From positions 45,793 through 109,792 of the forward strand of contig JAZOOD010000063.1 of the NCBI GenBank assembly GCA_045654805.1: a DNA stretch of 64,000 bases, written 5' to 3'. This stretch comes from Clostridia bacterium. GTDB lineage: Bacteria > Bacillota > Clostridia > Monoglobales > Firm-18. The notes under the pieces are model-generated. The model was not told the origin of the DNA. It saw nothing but the letters and a program-made list of their open reading frames with translations, and did not search any database. Every line of letters starts with the position of its first letter. The first letter of the stretch is position 1. Positions 37,951 to 47,457 of this stretch are shown here, piece after piece. A program made the translations under genes and the position numbers.

Positions 37951-37993
37951 TAAAAAAATAACGGCAAATATTTATTGAAATAATTACCGTTAT
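37951..37993 (-). terminator. Possible terminator of the ribU-cobO-DUF624 operon
   Basis: Stem ATAACGG/CCGTTAT is followed by T7 on the minus strand. The long 22-nt loop weakens the call. Confidence 0.45.
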
Positions 37994-38001
37994 TTATTAA
38001 A

Positions 38002-38826
38002 TTATTCGTTATTTTCTACGGCTTCATTTTCTGCAAGAACCTCTGCAGGAATATAAAGATGTTTATCGATTATAGGATCCACCATAAAATTGACTATAAA
38101 GTTTATAAGGACAATTCCTATTGTGGCAGCTATCAAAAGACCTATTGTTATATTTAATACATAAAGTACAAATGATATGACAGATATGATAATTAGAATA
38201 AGTAAATTCCAAGGTAAATGAGCCAACGTAAGCAAAAGAGCATCTTTTAAAACATCTTTGAGTCCAAGTTCAAAGGTTATCATTATAGGATAAATGTAAA
38301 AATGCATCATAAAATAAATCAAAAGACCCGCTGTCAGTATAATCAACGGCACAAACATTATGTTATTCGTAAGGGCGAGCTCGCCGTAGAGTGCGTAGGC
38401 AACAATAGACAAATATAATATCAAACTGTCAGCAATAAATAACACAACGCTTTTTTTGAAATTTATAGAAATTTGTTCAAAAAAATCACTTAAAAGCCAT
38501 ACGTGTCTTTGACGGGCAAAATACCTTGTTAAAAAAGTAAGTCCCGGCATAATAAATCCTATACCGATAACTGACAAATATACAGTAGCTGCCGCAAGAA
38601 AGGCGGCACCCTTTAATGTGGCAAGTATACCATTTGTTACAGTAGCATAACCAAACCATATAAATATAAGGGCAATAATACTTGTTACAAGATAAAGGGC
38701 GTTGGATTTTACCATCATCCAGCCTTTACGCCAAAGTAAATCCCAAAAAAGTTCAAATCTTGGAACGTATTCCCTTTTTTCAACCCCCTTGCCGGGCTTT
38801 TGTATATTAAAAAAATCAAATGCCAT
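38002..38826 (-). CDS. DUF624 (YesL-like) membrane protein
   Basis: It has an N-terminal F..FWDLLWRKGWMMVKSNALYL pattern and multiple TM segments. Confidence 0.6.
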   Translation of the reverse strand: MAFDFFNIQKPGKGVEKREYVPRFELFWDLLWRKGWMMVKSNALYLVTSIIALIFIWFGYATVTNGILATLKGAAFLAAATVYLSVIGIGFIMPGLTFLTRYFARQRHVWLLSDFFEQISINFKKSVVLFIADSLILYLSIVAYALYGELALTNNIMFVPLIILTAGLLIYFMMHFYIYPIMITFELGLKDVLKDALLLTLAHLPWNLLILIIISVISFVLYVLNITIGLLIAATIGIVLINFIVNFMVDPIIDKHLYIPAEVLAENEAVENNE

Positions 38827-38835
38827 TTTTTCCTC

Positions 38836-39348
38836 CTAAAAATCTATGCCGCATCTTGCGTCAATTCCTTTGTTATAAGGGTGTTTTATGCATTTTACTT
38901 CTGACACATAATCCGTATGTTCCAAAAGCTCCTCGGGCATATTCCTGCCGGTCATTATAAGTTCGGTCTCTGAAGGTTTGCTCTTTATAATATTGATGAG
39001 TGTTTCAGTATCAATTATGCCCAAATCAACCGCACAGATAATTTCGTCCATTATTATCAAGTCGTAGGAATTGGAAAACAATAAGTTTAAATTTTTCAAA
39101 ATTTCCTCACGAGTAAGCTTCTTTTCATCCTCTGTCATATGAGGATAAAACTTTCGGGACGAATTTACACGTACAATATCAATGTTCAGTTGGTTAAGAG
39201 ATGCAAGCTCACCTGTAGGCAATGCCTTTAAAAATTGATATATGCACACTTTGTTTCCGTGGCCTGCACAACGTACAGCCACACCAATAGCGGCAGTTGT
39301 TTTACCCTTACCGTCACCTGTGTATATGTGTACCAAACCCCTGCTCAT
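38836..39348 (-). CDS. cobO: Cob(I)yrinic acid a,c-diamide / corrinoid adenosyltransferase (CobO/BtuR type)
   Basis: It has the P-loop YTGDGKGKTTAAIGVAVRCAGHG, then DEI and VSEVKCIKHPYNKGIDARCGIDF, colinear with E. coli BtuR. RBS AAGGAG favours the ATG at 39348. Confidence 0.85.
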   Translation of the reverse strand: MSRGLVHIYTGDGKGKTTAAIGVAVRCAGHGNKVCIYQFLKALPTGELASLNQLNIDIVRVNSSRKFYPHMTEDEKKLTREEILKNLNLLFSNSYDLIIMDEIICAVDLGIIDTETLINIIKSKPSETELIMTGRNMPEELLEHTDYVSEVKCIKHPYNKGIDARCGIDF

Positions 39349-39392
39349 ACACCACACTCCTTAATAAGAACATTTTAGCATATTATTCGTAG

Positions 39393-39917
39393 TTAGTCAA
39401 TCAAGGTGTATTTTTCGATACGTTTAAATAAAAATCCTGCAACAGCGGAATTTATACCGGCTTTTAAAATGTTGAAGGGGATTATTGCGGGGATAAGCAT
39501 TTTTACAACAGTCATTACACCTGTTCCCATAAAAATACCTGTAAATACAAGGTTTACCGGTATCATAACCAATACCATAGCTATTGTGCCAAAAACAAGA
39601 GAAGGTATATGTTTAGATGTTCTTTTATGAACTTCTGAAACCGTAAGTACAAATACGCTTGTAGATATTATATGCATAACAATACCTATCCAGCCGCTTG
39701 CAGAACTTACTGTTATTCCCTGAATTACAGATACAATAATTGTTGCAAGTATTCCCCATCCCGTACCGTAGGAGAGTCCAATAAGTATAATGCTTATATC
39801 TGCAGGATCATATTCCAAAAACGGTGCGGAGGGAATAAGGGGAAAGTGTATAAAATACACCAATACCACAGATATTGCACATAATAACGATACTCTTACT
39901 AACTTTTTTGTGTTCAT
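39393..39917 (-). CDS. ribU: ECF-transporter S component, riboflavin-specific by context (RibU-like)
   Basis: It is a small protein of about 175 aa with 5-6 TM segments, directly downstream of an FMN riboswitch. RBS AAAGGAG favours the ATG at 39917. Confidence 0.75.
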   Translation of the reverse strand: MNTKKLVRVSLLCAISVVLVYFIHFPLIPSAPFLEYDPADISIILIGLSYGTGWGILATIIVSVIQGITVSSASGWIGIVMHIISTSVFVLTVSEVHKRTSKHIPSLVFGTIAMVLVMIPVNLVFTGIFMGTGVMTVVKMLIPAIIPFNILKAGINSAVAGFLFKRIEKYTLID

Positions 39918-39942
39918 ATTCGATTTCTCCTTTTTTCGGAGT

Positions 39943-40139
39943 AAAAAAATACCCCGATATTTTAAAATCGGGGTATATGTATACAAAAATAACATAAAAT
40001 TGCAAAAAAGCAAATATGCAGTTATCTTCTCTCATCCAGACTGTACTGTCGGTTTTGGAATTTCACCAAATCAGCCGTTTTGTATAAAACGGGTCGCGGA
40101 CTATACCGCCGGTAAGGAATTTCACCTTGCCCCGAAGAT
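39943..40139 (-). promoter_or_regulatory. FMN riboswitch (RFN element) with terminator expression platform
   Basis: The minus strand reads ..CTTCGGGGCAAGGTGAAATTCCTTACCGGCGGTATAGTCCGCGA..GATTTGGTGAAATTCCAAAACCGACAGT.CAGTCTGGATGAGAGAAG, matching RFN conserved cores. Terminator ATACCCCGAT..ATCGGGGTAT followed by T7 lies at 39943-39978. Confidence 0.9.
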
Positions 40140-40145
40140 ATTTAT

Positions 40146-40174
40146 ATTATACAATAACATAATATGTTTGTCAA
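40146..40174 (-). promoter_or_regulatory. Consensus sigma-A promoter driving the FMN riboswitch
   Basis: On the minus strand: TTGACA, 17 nt, TATAAT, ending 6 nt before the aptamer. Confidence 0.6.
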
Positions 40175-40254
40175 ATCTATAAATTGCCATTATTATATGA
40201 ATTTTTTTGCAAATAATATATTTGTAAATATTATTTGTGTGAAAGGGTGATTTT

Positions 40255-40431
40255 ATGTCTAAAGGCGGTTTTGTTGCAGGTATAGTTACAGGCATGGCAG
40301 TTGGCGTAGGAGCAAGCATGCTTGTTAACCCGATGGATGAAAAGGATAAAAAGAAAATAAAAAAAAACGCGTCGCAAATGTTCACCACAATAGGTGCAGT
40401 TGCAGACCACGTCATAGATATGTACAAATAA
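40255..40431 (+). CDS. 58-aa glycine-rich small membrane protein (YtxH-like?), not in the ORF track
   Basis: Hand translation gives MSKGGFVAGIVTGMAVGVGASMLVNPMDEKDKKKIKKNASQMFTTIGAVADHVIDMYK*. RBS AAGGGTGA is present and a terminator follows. Confidence 0.5.
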   Translation: MSKGGFVAGIVTGMAVGVGASMLVNPMDEKDKKKIKKNASQMFTTIGAVADHVIDMYK

Positions 40432-40442
40432 ATTAACAGGGG

Positions 40443-40480
40443 AGCTGTGAGAAAAGTTAAATTTTCTTACAGCTTTTTTT
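40443..40480 (+). terminator. Intrinsic terminator of the 58-aa gene
   Basis: AGCTGTGAGAAAA-GTTAA-ATTTTCTTACAGCT followed by T7. Confidence 0.65.
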
Positions 40481-40551
40481 AATAATGTTGCATATGATAC
40501 CATTAATGTAATGAAATTAACAAAAAAATTTGCATAAGATTAAAAACTTGC

Positions 40552-40580
40552 TTGACAATATGGTCAAAAAATATTAAAAT
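40552..40580 (+). promoter_or_regulatory. Putative sigma-A promoter of rny
   Basis: TTGACA, 17 nt, TAAAAT. Confidence 0.45.
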
Positions 40581-40673
40581 AATATGAGGTAGTTGTATTA
40601 TGTACAGCTTATAAAATTTTTTAACCAAATATGATTCATAAGAGTTTTAAAAAATTACAATTTAACAGAGGAG

Positions 40674-42236
40674 GTGTTTGAGATAGAACTCTATATTACT
40701 ATTGCAGTTGCATTTTTATTAATTGTTATTGTGGGTGTTATTGCGTTCCGTATGGGGATTTCTTATAGAAAGAAAATTGCAGAGGCTGAAATCGGCGGTG
40801 CAGAGCAAGAGGCTAAAAAAATAGTCAGTGAGGCTGCCGTTGCTGCTGAAAACAAAAAGAGAGAAGTTCTTATTGAAGCAAAAGAAGAAGCCCATAAAAT
40901 GCGAATAGAATTTGATAAAGAAATGAAGGAACAGCGTGCCGAACATCAAAGAGCGGAACGCAGACTTCAGCAAAAAGAAGAATCATTGGACAAAAAAGTT
41001 GAACAGTTGGAAAAAAAGGATGAAGATCTTAACGTTAAAAACAAGCAGGTTGAAGCAAAGCTTGTAGAACTTGACAAAGTTCGCGAACAGCAGATGGACG
41101 AATTAAGAAAAATATCCGGTATGTCACAGGAGGAAGCAAAAGCACAGCTTCTTAATAATCTTGAAAGTGAAATTAAGCACGAGGCGGCTATTATGGCCAA
41201 GGAAATTCAGGATAAGGCCAAGGAAGAAGCTGATAAAAAAGCTCGTGAAATCGTTGCAGGCGCTATACAGAGATGTGCAGCAGACCATTCTGCAGAAACA
41301 ACAGTTTCTGTCGTTAATCTGCCAAATGACGATATGAAGGGCCGTATCATTGGTCGTGAAGGTCGTAACATACGTGCACTTGAAACTTTGACAGGTATTG
41401 ACCTTATTATTGACGATACTCCGGAAGCTGTTATTCTCTCCGGTTTTGACCCTGTAAGAAGAGAAATTGCAAGACTTACATTGGAAAAACTTATTACAGA
41501 CGGACGTATTCATCCGGCAAGAATTGAAGAAACTGTTGAAAGATGCCGTAAGGATGTTGAGGCAATTATCAAACAGGAGGGTGAACACGCTACCTTTGAA
41601 ACAGGGGTTCACGGTTTGCATCCCGAGATTATAAGACTTATCGGCCGTTTGAGATATCGTACAAGCTATGGACAGAATGTTCTTAAGCATTCTATCGAGG
41701 TTGCTCACTTGGCAGGTATTATGGCGGGTGAACTTGGGGAAGATATTGCTGTTGCAAAACGTGCTGGTTTGCTACATGACCTTGGTAAGTCAATTGACCA
41801 CGAGGTTGAAGGCTCACATGCTGTTATCGGTGCTGATTTTGCTAAGAAGTATAAGGAAAGTGACGTTATAGTTCACGCTATTGCAGCACATCACGGTGAC
41901 GTACAGGCAACATCTGTTATAGATTGCCTTGTTCAGGCAGCGGACTCTATTTCTGCAGCCCGTCCCGGTGCAAGAAGAGAAAATCTTGAAACATATATCA
42001 AGCGTCTTGAGAAGCTTGAGGAAATTGCCAACTCATTTGAAGGGGTTGAGAAATCCTTTGCCATCCAGGCAGGACGTGAGGTTAGAATCATGGTTAAGCC
42101 TGATGTTATCAATGACGAAACAACAGTACTTATGGCAAGAGATATTGTTAAAAAGATTGAAAGCGAAATGGAATATCCCGGACAGATTAAGGTTAATGTT
42201 ATCAGGGAAGTACGTTCCGTTGATTTCGCAAAATAA
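40674..42236 (+). CDS. rny: Ribonuclease Y
   Basis: It has an N-terminal TM, a coiled coil, a KH domain ([15 protein letters not shown]) and an HD domain ([10 protein letters not shown]...LLHDLGK). The exact start (GTG at 40674) is uncertain. Confidence 0.93.
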   Translation: MFEIELYITIAVAFLLIVIVGVIAFRMGISYRKKIAEAEIGGAEQEAKKIVSEAAVAAENKKREVLIEAKEEAHKMRIEFDKEMKEQRAEHQRAERRLQQKEESLDKKVEQLEKKDEDLNVKNKQVEAKLVELDKVREQQMDELRKISGMSQEEAKAQLLNNLESEIKHEAAIMAKEIQDKAKEEADKKAREIVAGAIQRCAADHSAETTVSVVNLPNDDMKGRIIGREGRNIRALETLTGIDLIIDDTPEAVILSGFDPVRREIARLTLEKLITDGRIHPARIEETVERCRKDVEAIIKQEGEHATFETGVHGLHPEIIRLIGRLRYRTSYGQNVLKHSIEVAHLAGIMAGELGEDIAVAKRAGLLHDLGKSIDHEVEGSHAVIGADFAKKYKESDVIVHAIAAHHGDVQATSVIDCLVQAADSISAARPGARRENLETYIKRLEKLEEIANSFEGVEKSFAIQAGREVRIMVKPDVINDETTVLMARDIVKKIESEMEYPGQIKVNVIREVRSVDFAK

Positions 42237-42252
42237 TTTGGTTAAAAATATT

Positions 42253-42283
42253 AAAACTCCGTTGGGTTCCCAACGGAGTTTTT
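42253..42283 (+). terminator. Intrinsic terminator of rny
   Basis: AAAACTCCGTTGGG-TTCC-CAACGGAGTTTTT. Confidence 0.8.
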
Positions 42284-42306
42284 GTTATTTGTTTTTAAAA
42301 AACATC

Positions 42307-42335
42307 TTGATAAAAGATTTGATATATGATATGAT
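42307..42335 (+). promoter_or_regulatory. Putative sigma-A promoter of the SLH-protein leader
   Basis: TTGATA, 17 nt, extended -10 TGaTATGAT. The predicted start is about 42342. Confidence 0.5.
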
Positions 42336-42341
42336 GATTAT

Positions 42342-42494
42342 GCCAAACTAATTTAATATGCTTACAGTGGGTTATTTTATTTTTAGGATAATTATAATCT
42401 TTTTTTGCCATACTCATATTGTAGAATTTGATAAAAATGCAAATTCCGTCTGTGTGAGTATGTGTTAACCCATTATGCATAGAATTAGTTTGGC
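42342..42494 (+). other. 153-nt nested inverted-repeat (rod-like hairpin) element
   Basis: Paired segments are GCCAAACTAATT/AATTAGTTTGGC (12 bp), ATGC/GCAT, TGGGTTA/TAACCCA, CATACTCA/TGAGTATG and GAATTTG/CAAATTC. Confidence 0.6.
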
Positions 42495-42518
42495 GACTAT
42501 CGGAGTTTGCGTTTTTTA

Positions 42519-42550
42519 TGCGTCTGCTTCGGTAGGCGCATTTTTTATTT
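42519..42550 (+). terminator. Leader terminator upstream of the SLH protein gene
   Basis: TGCGTCTGC-TTCG-GTAGGCGCA (includes G-U pairs) followed by TTTTTTATTTT, 30 nt before the RBS. Confidence 0.55.
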
Positions 42551-42581
42551 TATTGGTAAAAAACCGGAAAGGAAGATTAAT

Positions 42582-44798
42582 ATGAAAAAACTTATTGCAC
42601 TTTTATTGACTGTTGTACTTATGATACCCGGTGTATCAGCTTTTGCTCTGCATAGTACTGATAAAGCGATTAATGGAAAGTATGTTAATTATATTGCTGA
42701 GTCAATAGAAAAAACGTCATACGGAGAGTATGAAATAGATAAAGAAAATATTTATATTATCGAAAAAACCAATGTGGATAAGTACATGGCAGGCAGTGAA
42801 CCAATTGAGTTTTATGTTGCTGTTCCTGTACTTGGGACAGATGATATTGCCTACAGCATATTTAGTAATGGTAAATACTATCGGGAAACACTTAACGCAG
42901 CATCTATGCTTCATGTTGAAAATTATATGAATACAAAGATTGACGAATATATCGATAACAATAATCTTAAAAACATCACAGAGGTTGTAAGCACAATATT
43001 CTACGGACGTACAGGAATAAATACATACCGTGTTGTAGCAGATAATGAAATATATTTTATTCCCTATTATTTTGAAGCTAAATATAATTTGGCGAATGAT
43101 GAAGAATGTTCAATAGAGCTTGGAAAGGCGTATAGGGACACGGATTTTGTCAAACGGTTGAAAAAAGAAGAAGTTTCCTTTGCGGAATATAAAGAGGCAC
43201 AGAAAAAAGCCGAAGAAGAAAAAATTGCCGCCGAGGAAGCTGCAGAGGAGGCTAAATACCGTCCTGTTGTGTCGTTGGGAGAAGATGGGGAAGAGAACAT
43301 AACCGTTAACGGATATAATTTGAAAGATGTATTAAGCGAACTTAATGAAAGCATTTCAGCTATGGGATTTGGCTCTAATATTGAAATTGGTGTAAAAACA
43401 GATGATAAGGAATATATTACAAATTATTATTGGCAAAATGGTTGTGAAGTTGAAAATGTAAGCAACTTTGCCAAGGGGTTATTTGCAGAAATAACTACTC
43501 AGGCAATGTCTGGTAAACCAAACTATTCAAAAAATATAACATATTGCAAATTTAATTTAAAACATAATGAAGGGCTTAAGAGTATTAAACATTCCGTAAA
43601 TGTAAGCGTATGGAACAATGGTGTAAAAATAATCATTAACAGAGATAATATTATAGAGTTAAAGGTTAAAAATTCCAAAGAAATTGTGAAGTACATTGAC
43701 AGTTACGGAAATAATAAATTTGATGGTTTTAAATATGAAAAGAATGATGAAAATACACCCTCTTACAGAGGTAATCTTGAGGGACTTACGAAAACAGATG
43801 TTATTGAATTCGAATTTAAACTAACTGATGATGTAGGGGGAAGTATTGAAAACGAGGTAGGCTCCGTTGGAGAAACCATAAAGGGTGTGTTTGAAAAATA
43901 TAAGGAAAATAAATATAAATCCACATACATTCTTACTCTTTCGGGAAGTAAGGGTAAAACGGCGGTTTATGACCAAAAGCAATCATCACTTGATGGAACA
44001 AAGGAAATATTTTCAAATAATATAACTCTTTATTTTTTAGATAAATTAAGGTTTGAAAATCAGCAGTTGGTGGAATATACCGTTGGAGAAGCAAATAAAA
44101 CCTATAAATTAAAAATGATTTTTAAAGACAGAGATATATCACAGGTCTTTTTTGGGGATGTTAAGTGTACGGATTTAAAATATATACGACTTACTGAGGA
44201 TACAAAGCTTTCTGATGAGTATACAGAAAAGGGCAAGGAGCCGGTAATTAAAGAAGCAAAGGAGTGTGCAGATACTCTTTACAATATGGGCTTGTTTAAG
44301 GGGACTAACGATGGTTACGAACTTGAAAAAAGTCTTACAAGGGAAGAAAGTGCAACTATTTTAACAAGATTGCTCGGTGATGAAGACAAAATAAATAATA
44401 TTAATTATAATGAAGTATTCAGCGATGTGGATAAGAACAGATGGTCATATACTTATGTAATGTACTGTTATCATAATAATATTACAAAAGGAACAAGTGA
44501 AAGTACATTTTCACCTGATGTTCAGATTGACGCAGAGCAGTTTGTAACATTGCTTATGAGACTGTTAGGTTATAATGATGTGGAACCGGACACAGCATTG
44601 ACTAATGGTGTAAAATACGGACTTTTTACTGAAGAGATGGCTGAGGATATAAAAAAAGCTGATGTATTTACAAGAAGCTTAATGGTACAAATAGTATATA
44701 ACGGACTTAAAACAACAATGTCAGATGGAACAACTTTAGCACAAATTCTGGTAGATGAAAATGTTATAACACAAGAACAAGCAAACGAGCTTGAATAA
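42582..44798 (+). CDS. Secreted cell-surface protein with C-terminal SLH domains
   Basis: The ATG at 42582 follows RBS GGAAAGGAAG. It has signal peptide MKKLIALLLTVVLMIPGVSAFA. The C-terminus has SLH-like repeats (TREESATILTRLLG, FSDVDKNRWSYTYV, AEQFVTLLMRLLG). Confidence 0.7.
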   Translation: MKKLIALLLTVVLMIPGVSAFALHSTDKAINGKYVNYIAESIEKTSYGEYEIDKENIYIIEKTNVDKYMAGSEPIEFYVAVPVLGTDDIAYSIFSNGKYYRETLNAASMLHVENYMNTKIDEYIDNNNLKNITEVVSTIFYGRTGINTYRVVADNEIYFIPYYFEAKYNLANDEECSIELGKAYRDTDFVKRLKKEEVSFAEYKEAQKKAEEEKIAAEEAAEEAKYRPVVSLGEDGEENITVNGYNLKDVLSELNESISAMGFGSNIEIGVKTDDKEYITNYYWQNGCEVENVSNFAKGLFAEITTQAMSGKPNYSKNITYCKFNLKHNEGLKSIKHSVNVSVWNNGVKIIINRDNIIELKVKNSKEIVKYIDSYGNNKFDGFKYEKNDENTPSYRGNLEGLTKTDVIEFEFKLTDDVGGSIENEVGSVGETIKGVFEKYKENKYKSTYILTLSGSKGKTAVYDQKQSSLDGTKEIFSNNITLYFLDKLRFENQQLVEYTVGEANKTYKLKMIFKDRDISQVFFGDVKCTDLKYIRLTEDTKLSDEYTEKGKEPVIKEAKECADTLYNMGLFKGTNDGYELEKSLTREESATILTRLLGDEDKINNINYNEVFSDVDKNRWSYTYVMYCYHNNITKGTSESTFSPDVQIDAEQFVTLLMRLLGYNDVEPDTALTNGVKYGLFTEEMAEDIKKADVFTRSLMVQIVYNGLKTTMSDGTTLAQILVDENVITQEQANELE

Positions 44799-44836
44799 AA
44801 AAGATTGCCTCGATTAAACCCGAGGCAATCTTTTTT
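44797..44836. terminator. Bidirectional terminator between the SLH gene and pgcA
   Basis: AAAAAAGATTGCCTCG-ATTAAAC-CCGAGGCAATCTTTTTT. Confidence 0.8.
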
Positions 44837-46562
44837 AATTACTCATATATTGTTCAACAGCTTTTTTAACTTTATCTAAAATTTTCTTTGCATTATCTTC
44901 CGTATCTGACTGTATCAGATAATACATCTTTATTTTTGGTTCTGTTCCGGACGGACGTGCCACAAAGCTTGCACCGTCTGTAAGTTCAAAGTACAACACG
45001 TCGGATTTTGGCAAAGACAGGGATTCTTCCGTATCACTTTCAAGGTTATACTTTACACCTGTCTTGTAATCGCGGATTGCAGTAACCTTAAATTCACCAA
45101 ATTGTTTTGGATTATTATTACGCATATCGTTCATAATCTCTTGAATTTTTGCAATACCTTCGCTGCCTTCCATAGTGATGCTTACAGTTTCTTCTGCAAA
45201 ACCGCCATAGGTTTTGTACAGTTCCTGCATTACATCGTACAATGTTTTACCTTTTTTGCTGTAATATGCAGCCATTTCTGCAATAAGCATACTTGCTACA
45301 ACTGCATCCTTATCCCTTGCGTGTGTTCCTACAAGGTAGCCGTAGCTTTCTTCAAAGCCAAGCAAGAACTCATTACTTCCCGTTGTTTCAAACTCGTGTA
45401 TTTTTTCGCCGATAAACTTAAAGCCTGTAAGAGTTTCGATATATTCCATCCCGTGGCTTTCTGTTAGTACTTTTGCCATTTTAGTAGAAACTATTGTTGA
45501 TATTACAGCACCATTTTCGGGTAGTGTTCCACGTTCTTTTTTTGCAGATATAATGTAGTCTACAAGTAATGCACCTACTTGGTTGCCGGACATAGGGATA
45601 TATTCGCCTTGGTCATTACGAAGCATTATACCCATACGGTCTGCGTCGGGGTCTGTACCGATAATAAGGCTTACGTCATTTTGCTTTGCAAGTTCCACAG
45701 CCTTTGTAAAGCATTCTTTGTTTTCTGGATTCGGTGCAGAAACTGTTGGGAATGAGCCGTCGGGGTCTTCCTGTTCCTTTACAACAATTACGTGTTTAAA
45801 ACCTGATTTTTCAAGTATTGCACGTACCGGCTTGTTGCCACTGCCGTGGATAGGTGTGTATACCAGTTTGAAGGTATCTGCAACTTCCTTTACAACATCC
45901 GGATTAATTGCCTGGGTATAAACTGCGTCGATATATGCATCGTCAACTTCCTTGCCGATTATTGTAAGCAAGCCAGATTTTTCCGCATCCTCTTTAGACA
46001 TAGTTTTAGCATCAAACATATCAAGGGCATTTATTTCCTCCAAAACCTTGTCAGAAACTGCAGGAGGCAACTGTCCCCCATCTTCCCAATATGCTTTGTA
46101 GCCGTTATATTTTGCAGGGTTGTGGGATGCTGTAATTGCAATACCTGCGATACAGTTTAAATGCCTGATTGTAAAGGAAATTTCCGGTACAGGACGCAGG
46201 GATTCAAAAAGATAAGTTTTAATACCGTTTGCACAAAGTGTAAGAGCTGTTTCAAGAGCAAATTCACTGGAAAAATGTCTGGAATCATAGCCTATGGTTA
46301 CACCACGGGCTTTAAGCTCTTCACCGTGTTTTGAAATATAGTTTGATATTCCCTGAGTGGCACGGCGTACAACGTATTTGTTCATACGGTTTGTACCCAT
46401 ACCAAGGACACCTCTTAGACCGGCTGTACCAAATGCTAGGCTTTGATAAAAAGAGTCCTTGATTTCAGCATCATTGTCTTCAATTTCCTTTAATTTAATT
46501 TTGTCTGCTTCGTCAACAGATGATGAATTAAGCCATTTTATATAAGTTTCCCTATAGTTCAT
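44835..46562 (-). CDS. pgcA: Phosphoglucomutase / phosphomannomutase (alpha-D-phosphohexomutase)
   Basis: It has the active-site loop TASHNPAKYNGYK and the metal loop GTDPDADR. RBS AGGGGGGG favours the ATG at 46562. Confidence 0.88.
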   Translation of the reverse strand: MNYRETYIKWLNSSSVDEADKIKLKEIEDNDAEIKDSFYQSLAFGTAGLRGVLGMGTNRMNKYVVRRATQGISNYISKHGEELKARGVTIGYDSRHFSSEFALETALTLCANGIKTYLFESLRPVPEISFTIRHLNCIAGIAITASHNPAKYNGYKAYWEDGGQLPPAVSDKVLEEINALDMFDAKTMSKEDAEKSGLLTIIGKEVDDAYIDAVYTQAINPDVVKEVADTFKLVYTPIHGSGNKPVRAILEKSGFKHVIVVKEQEDPDGSFPTVSAPNPENKECFTKAVELAKQNDVSLIIGTDPDADRMGIMLRNDQGEYIPMSGNQVGALLVDYIISAKKERGTLPENGAVISTIVSTKMAKVLTESHGMEYIETLTGFKFIGEKIHEFETTGSNEFLLGFEESYGYLVGTHARDKDAVVASMLIAEMAAYYSKKGKTLYDVMQELYKTYGGFAEETVSITMEGSEGIAKIQEIMNDMRNNNPKQFGEFKVTAIRDYKTGVKYNLESDTEESLSLPKSDVLYFELTDGASFVARPSGTEPKIKMYYLIQSDTEDNAKKILDKVKKAVEQYMSN

Positions 46563-46648
46563 ATTGGTCCCCCCCTGTGTAATCATTGTATATAAATATT
46601 ATATAATAAATATATTGTAAGGTCAATCAATTTATTTAAGAAAATTAG

Positions 46649-46677
46649 TTGCAAATGTTTTTCCTATATGCTATAAT
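46649..46677 (+). promoter_or_regulatory. Putative sigma-A promoter of the wzz/BY-kinase/phosphatase operon
   Basis: TTGCAA, 17 nt, TATAAT. Confidence 0.5.
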
Positions 46678-46731
46678 TAAAAAAGATGTGGGCATGGCTA
46701 ATTTATTACTTTAGTAAAGGGGTATGTTGAG

Positions 46732-47457
46732 TTGGAAAAAGAAATTAATATTCAGGAAATAATTTCTGAAGCTTTAAAAAAATGGTGGCTTATACTAATA
46801 AGTGTTATAGTATGCGGAGCAATTTTCTTTACTTACAGCAATTTCGTTGTGGATGAGTTGTTTACATCAAATGGCTCAGTTTATGTAGATAATAAGGCAC
46901 AGAAAATTATATCTACTGAAAATGTTAACAATACAGCTAACCTTTATGACCTTACTACTGCTGAGATGCTTGTTGATACATATATAGAAATTTTAAGCAG
47001 TAACGGATTTTTTGAATTAATCAAGAATAATATAGATACTGTTTATGAAGCTGAGCAGATGAGAAGAATGGTTAGATATTCAAGAGTTGAGGAAACGGGA
47101 GTTATTTATATAAGTGTTACAGCACCTTCTCCGGAGGATGCGAATATGATATGCTCTGCAGTTTTGGAATATGCTAATTATCAGATTATGACAATTATGG
47201 AGGTAGGCTCTGTAAGGACAATTGACAAGGCATCTATGCCGGAATACCGTTCATACCCTAATGTTACAACCAATACACTCTTAGGTATGATTTTTGGTGG
47301 ATTGCTTGCTTTGGTAATTATTTTCCTTATGAATTATTTAGACGTCCGTATTAAGGGTGTTGAAGATATTGAGAGCAAGTATGACCTTGTTGTTTTGGGT
47401 ACGATTCCCAATATGTTTGTAAGCAATACTTCCAATGGAGGTGGCGATTATGAGTAA
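46732..47457 (+). CDS. Wzz/CpsC-type chain-length determinant, BY-kinase transmembrane modulator
   Basis: It has two TM segments flanking an extracellular domain, an N-terminal IDL.E....LKKWW-like motif, and a TTG start. Confidence 0.75.
   Translation: MEKEINIQEIISEALKKWWLILISVIVCGAIFFTYSNFVVDELFTSNGSVYVDNKAQKIISTENVNNTANLYDLTTAEMLVDTYIEILSSNGFFELIKNNIDTVYEAEQMRRMVRYSRVEETGVIYISVTAPSPEDANMICSAVLEYANYQIMTIMEVGSVRTIDKASMPEYRSYPNVTTNTLLGMIFGGLLALVIIFLMNYLDVRIKGVEDIESKYDLVVLGTIPNMFVSNTSNGGGDYE

Noticed and set aside
37752-38001. The DnaA-box cluster as the chromosomal origin oriC.
   Set aside because: There are only four boxes and no adjacent dnaA/dnaN. I could not identify a clear AT-rich 13-mer-type unwinding element. 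The A/T-rich stretch next to the cluster is explained by a terminator hairpin. I keep it as a DnaA-binding regulatory or titration site, not oriC.
40122-40503. Track ORFs of 101 and 90 aa on the minus strand across the riboswitch promoter region and the 58-aa gene.
   Set aside because: They overlap the plus-strand 58-aa gene, which has an RBS and terminator, and also promoter sequence. Their composition is odd and they have no RBS.
42295-42480. 61-aa minus-strand ORF inside the nested inverted repeat, considered as a small toxin or peptide gene.
   Set aside because: There is no Shine-Dalgarno before any of its ATGs. The peptide is not hydrophobic like type I toxins. The ORF is coextensive with a DNA/RNA palindrome, which explains its openness.
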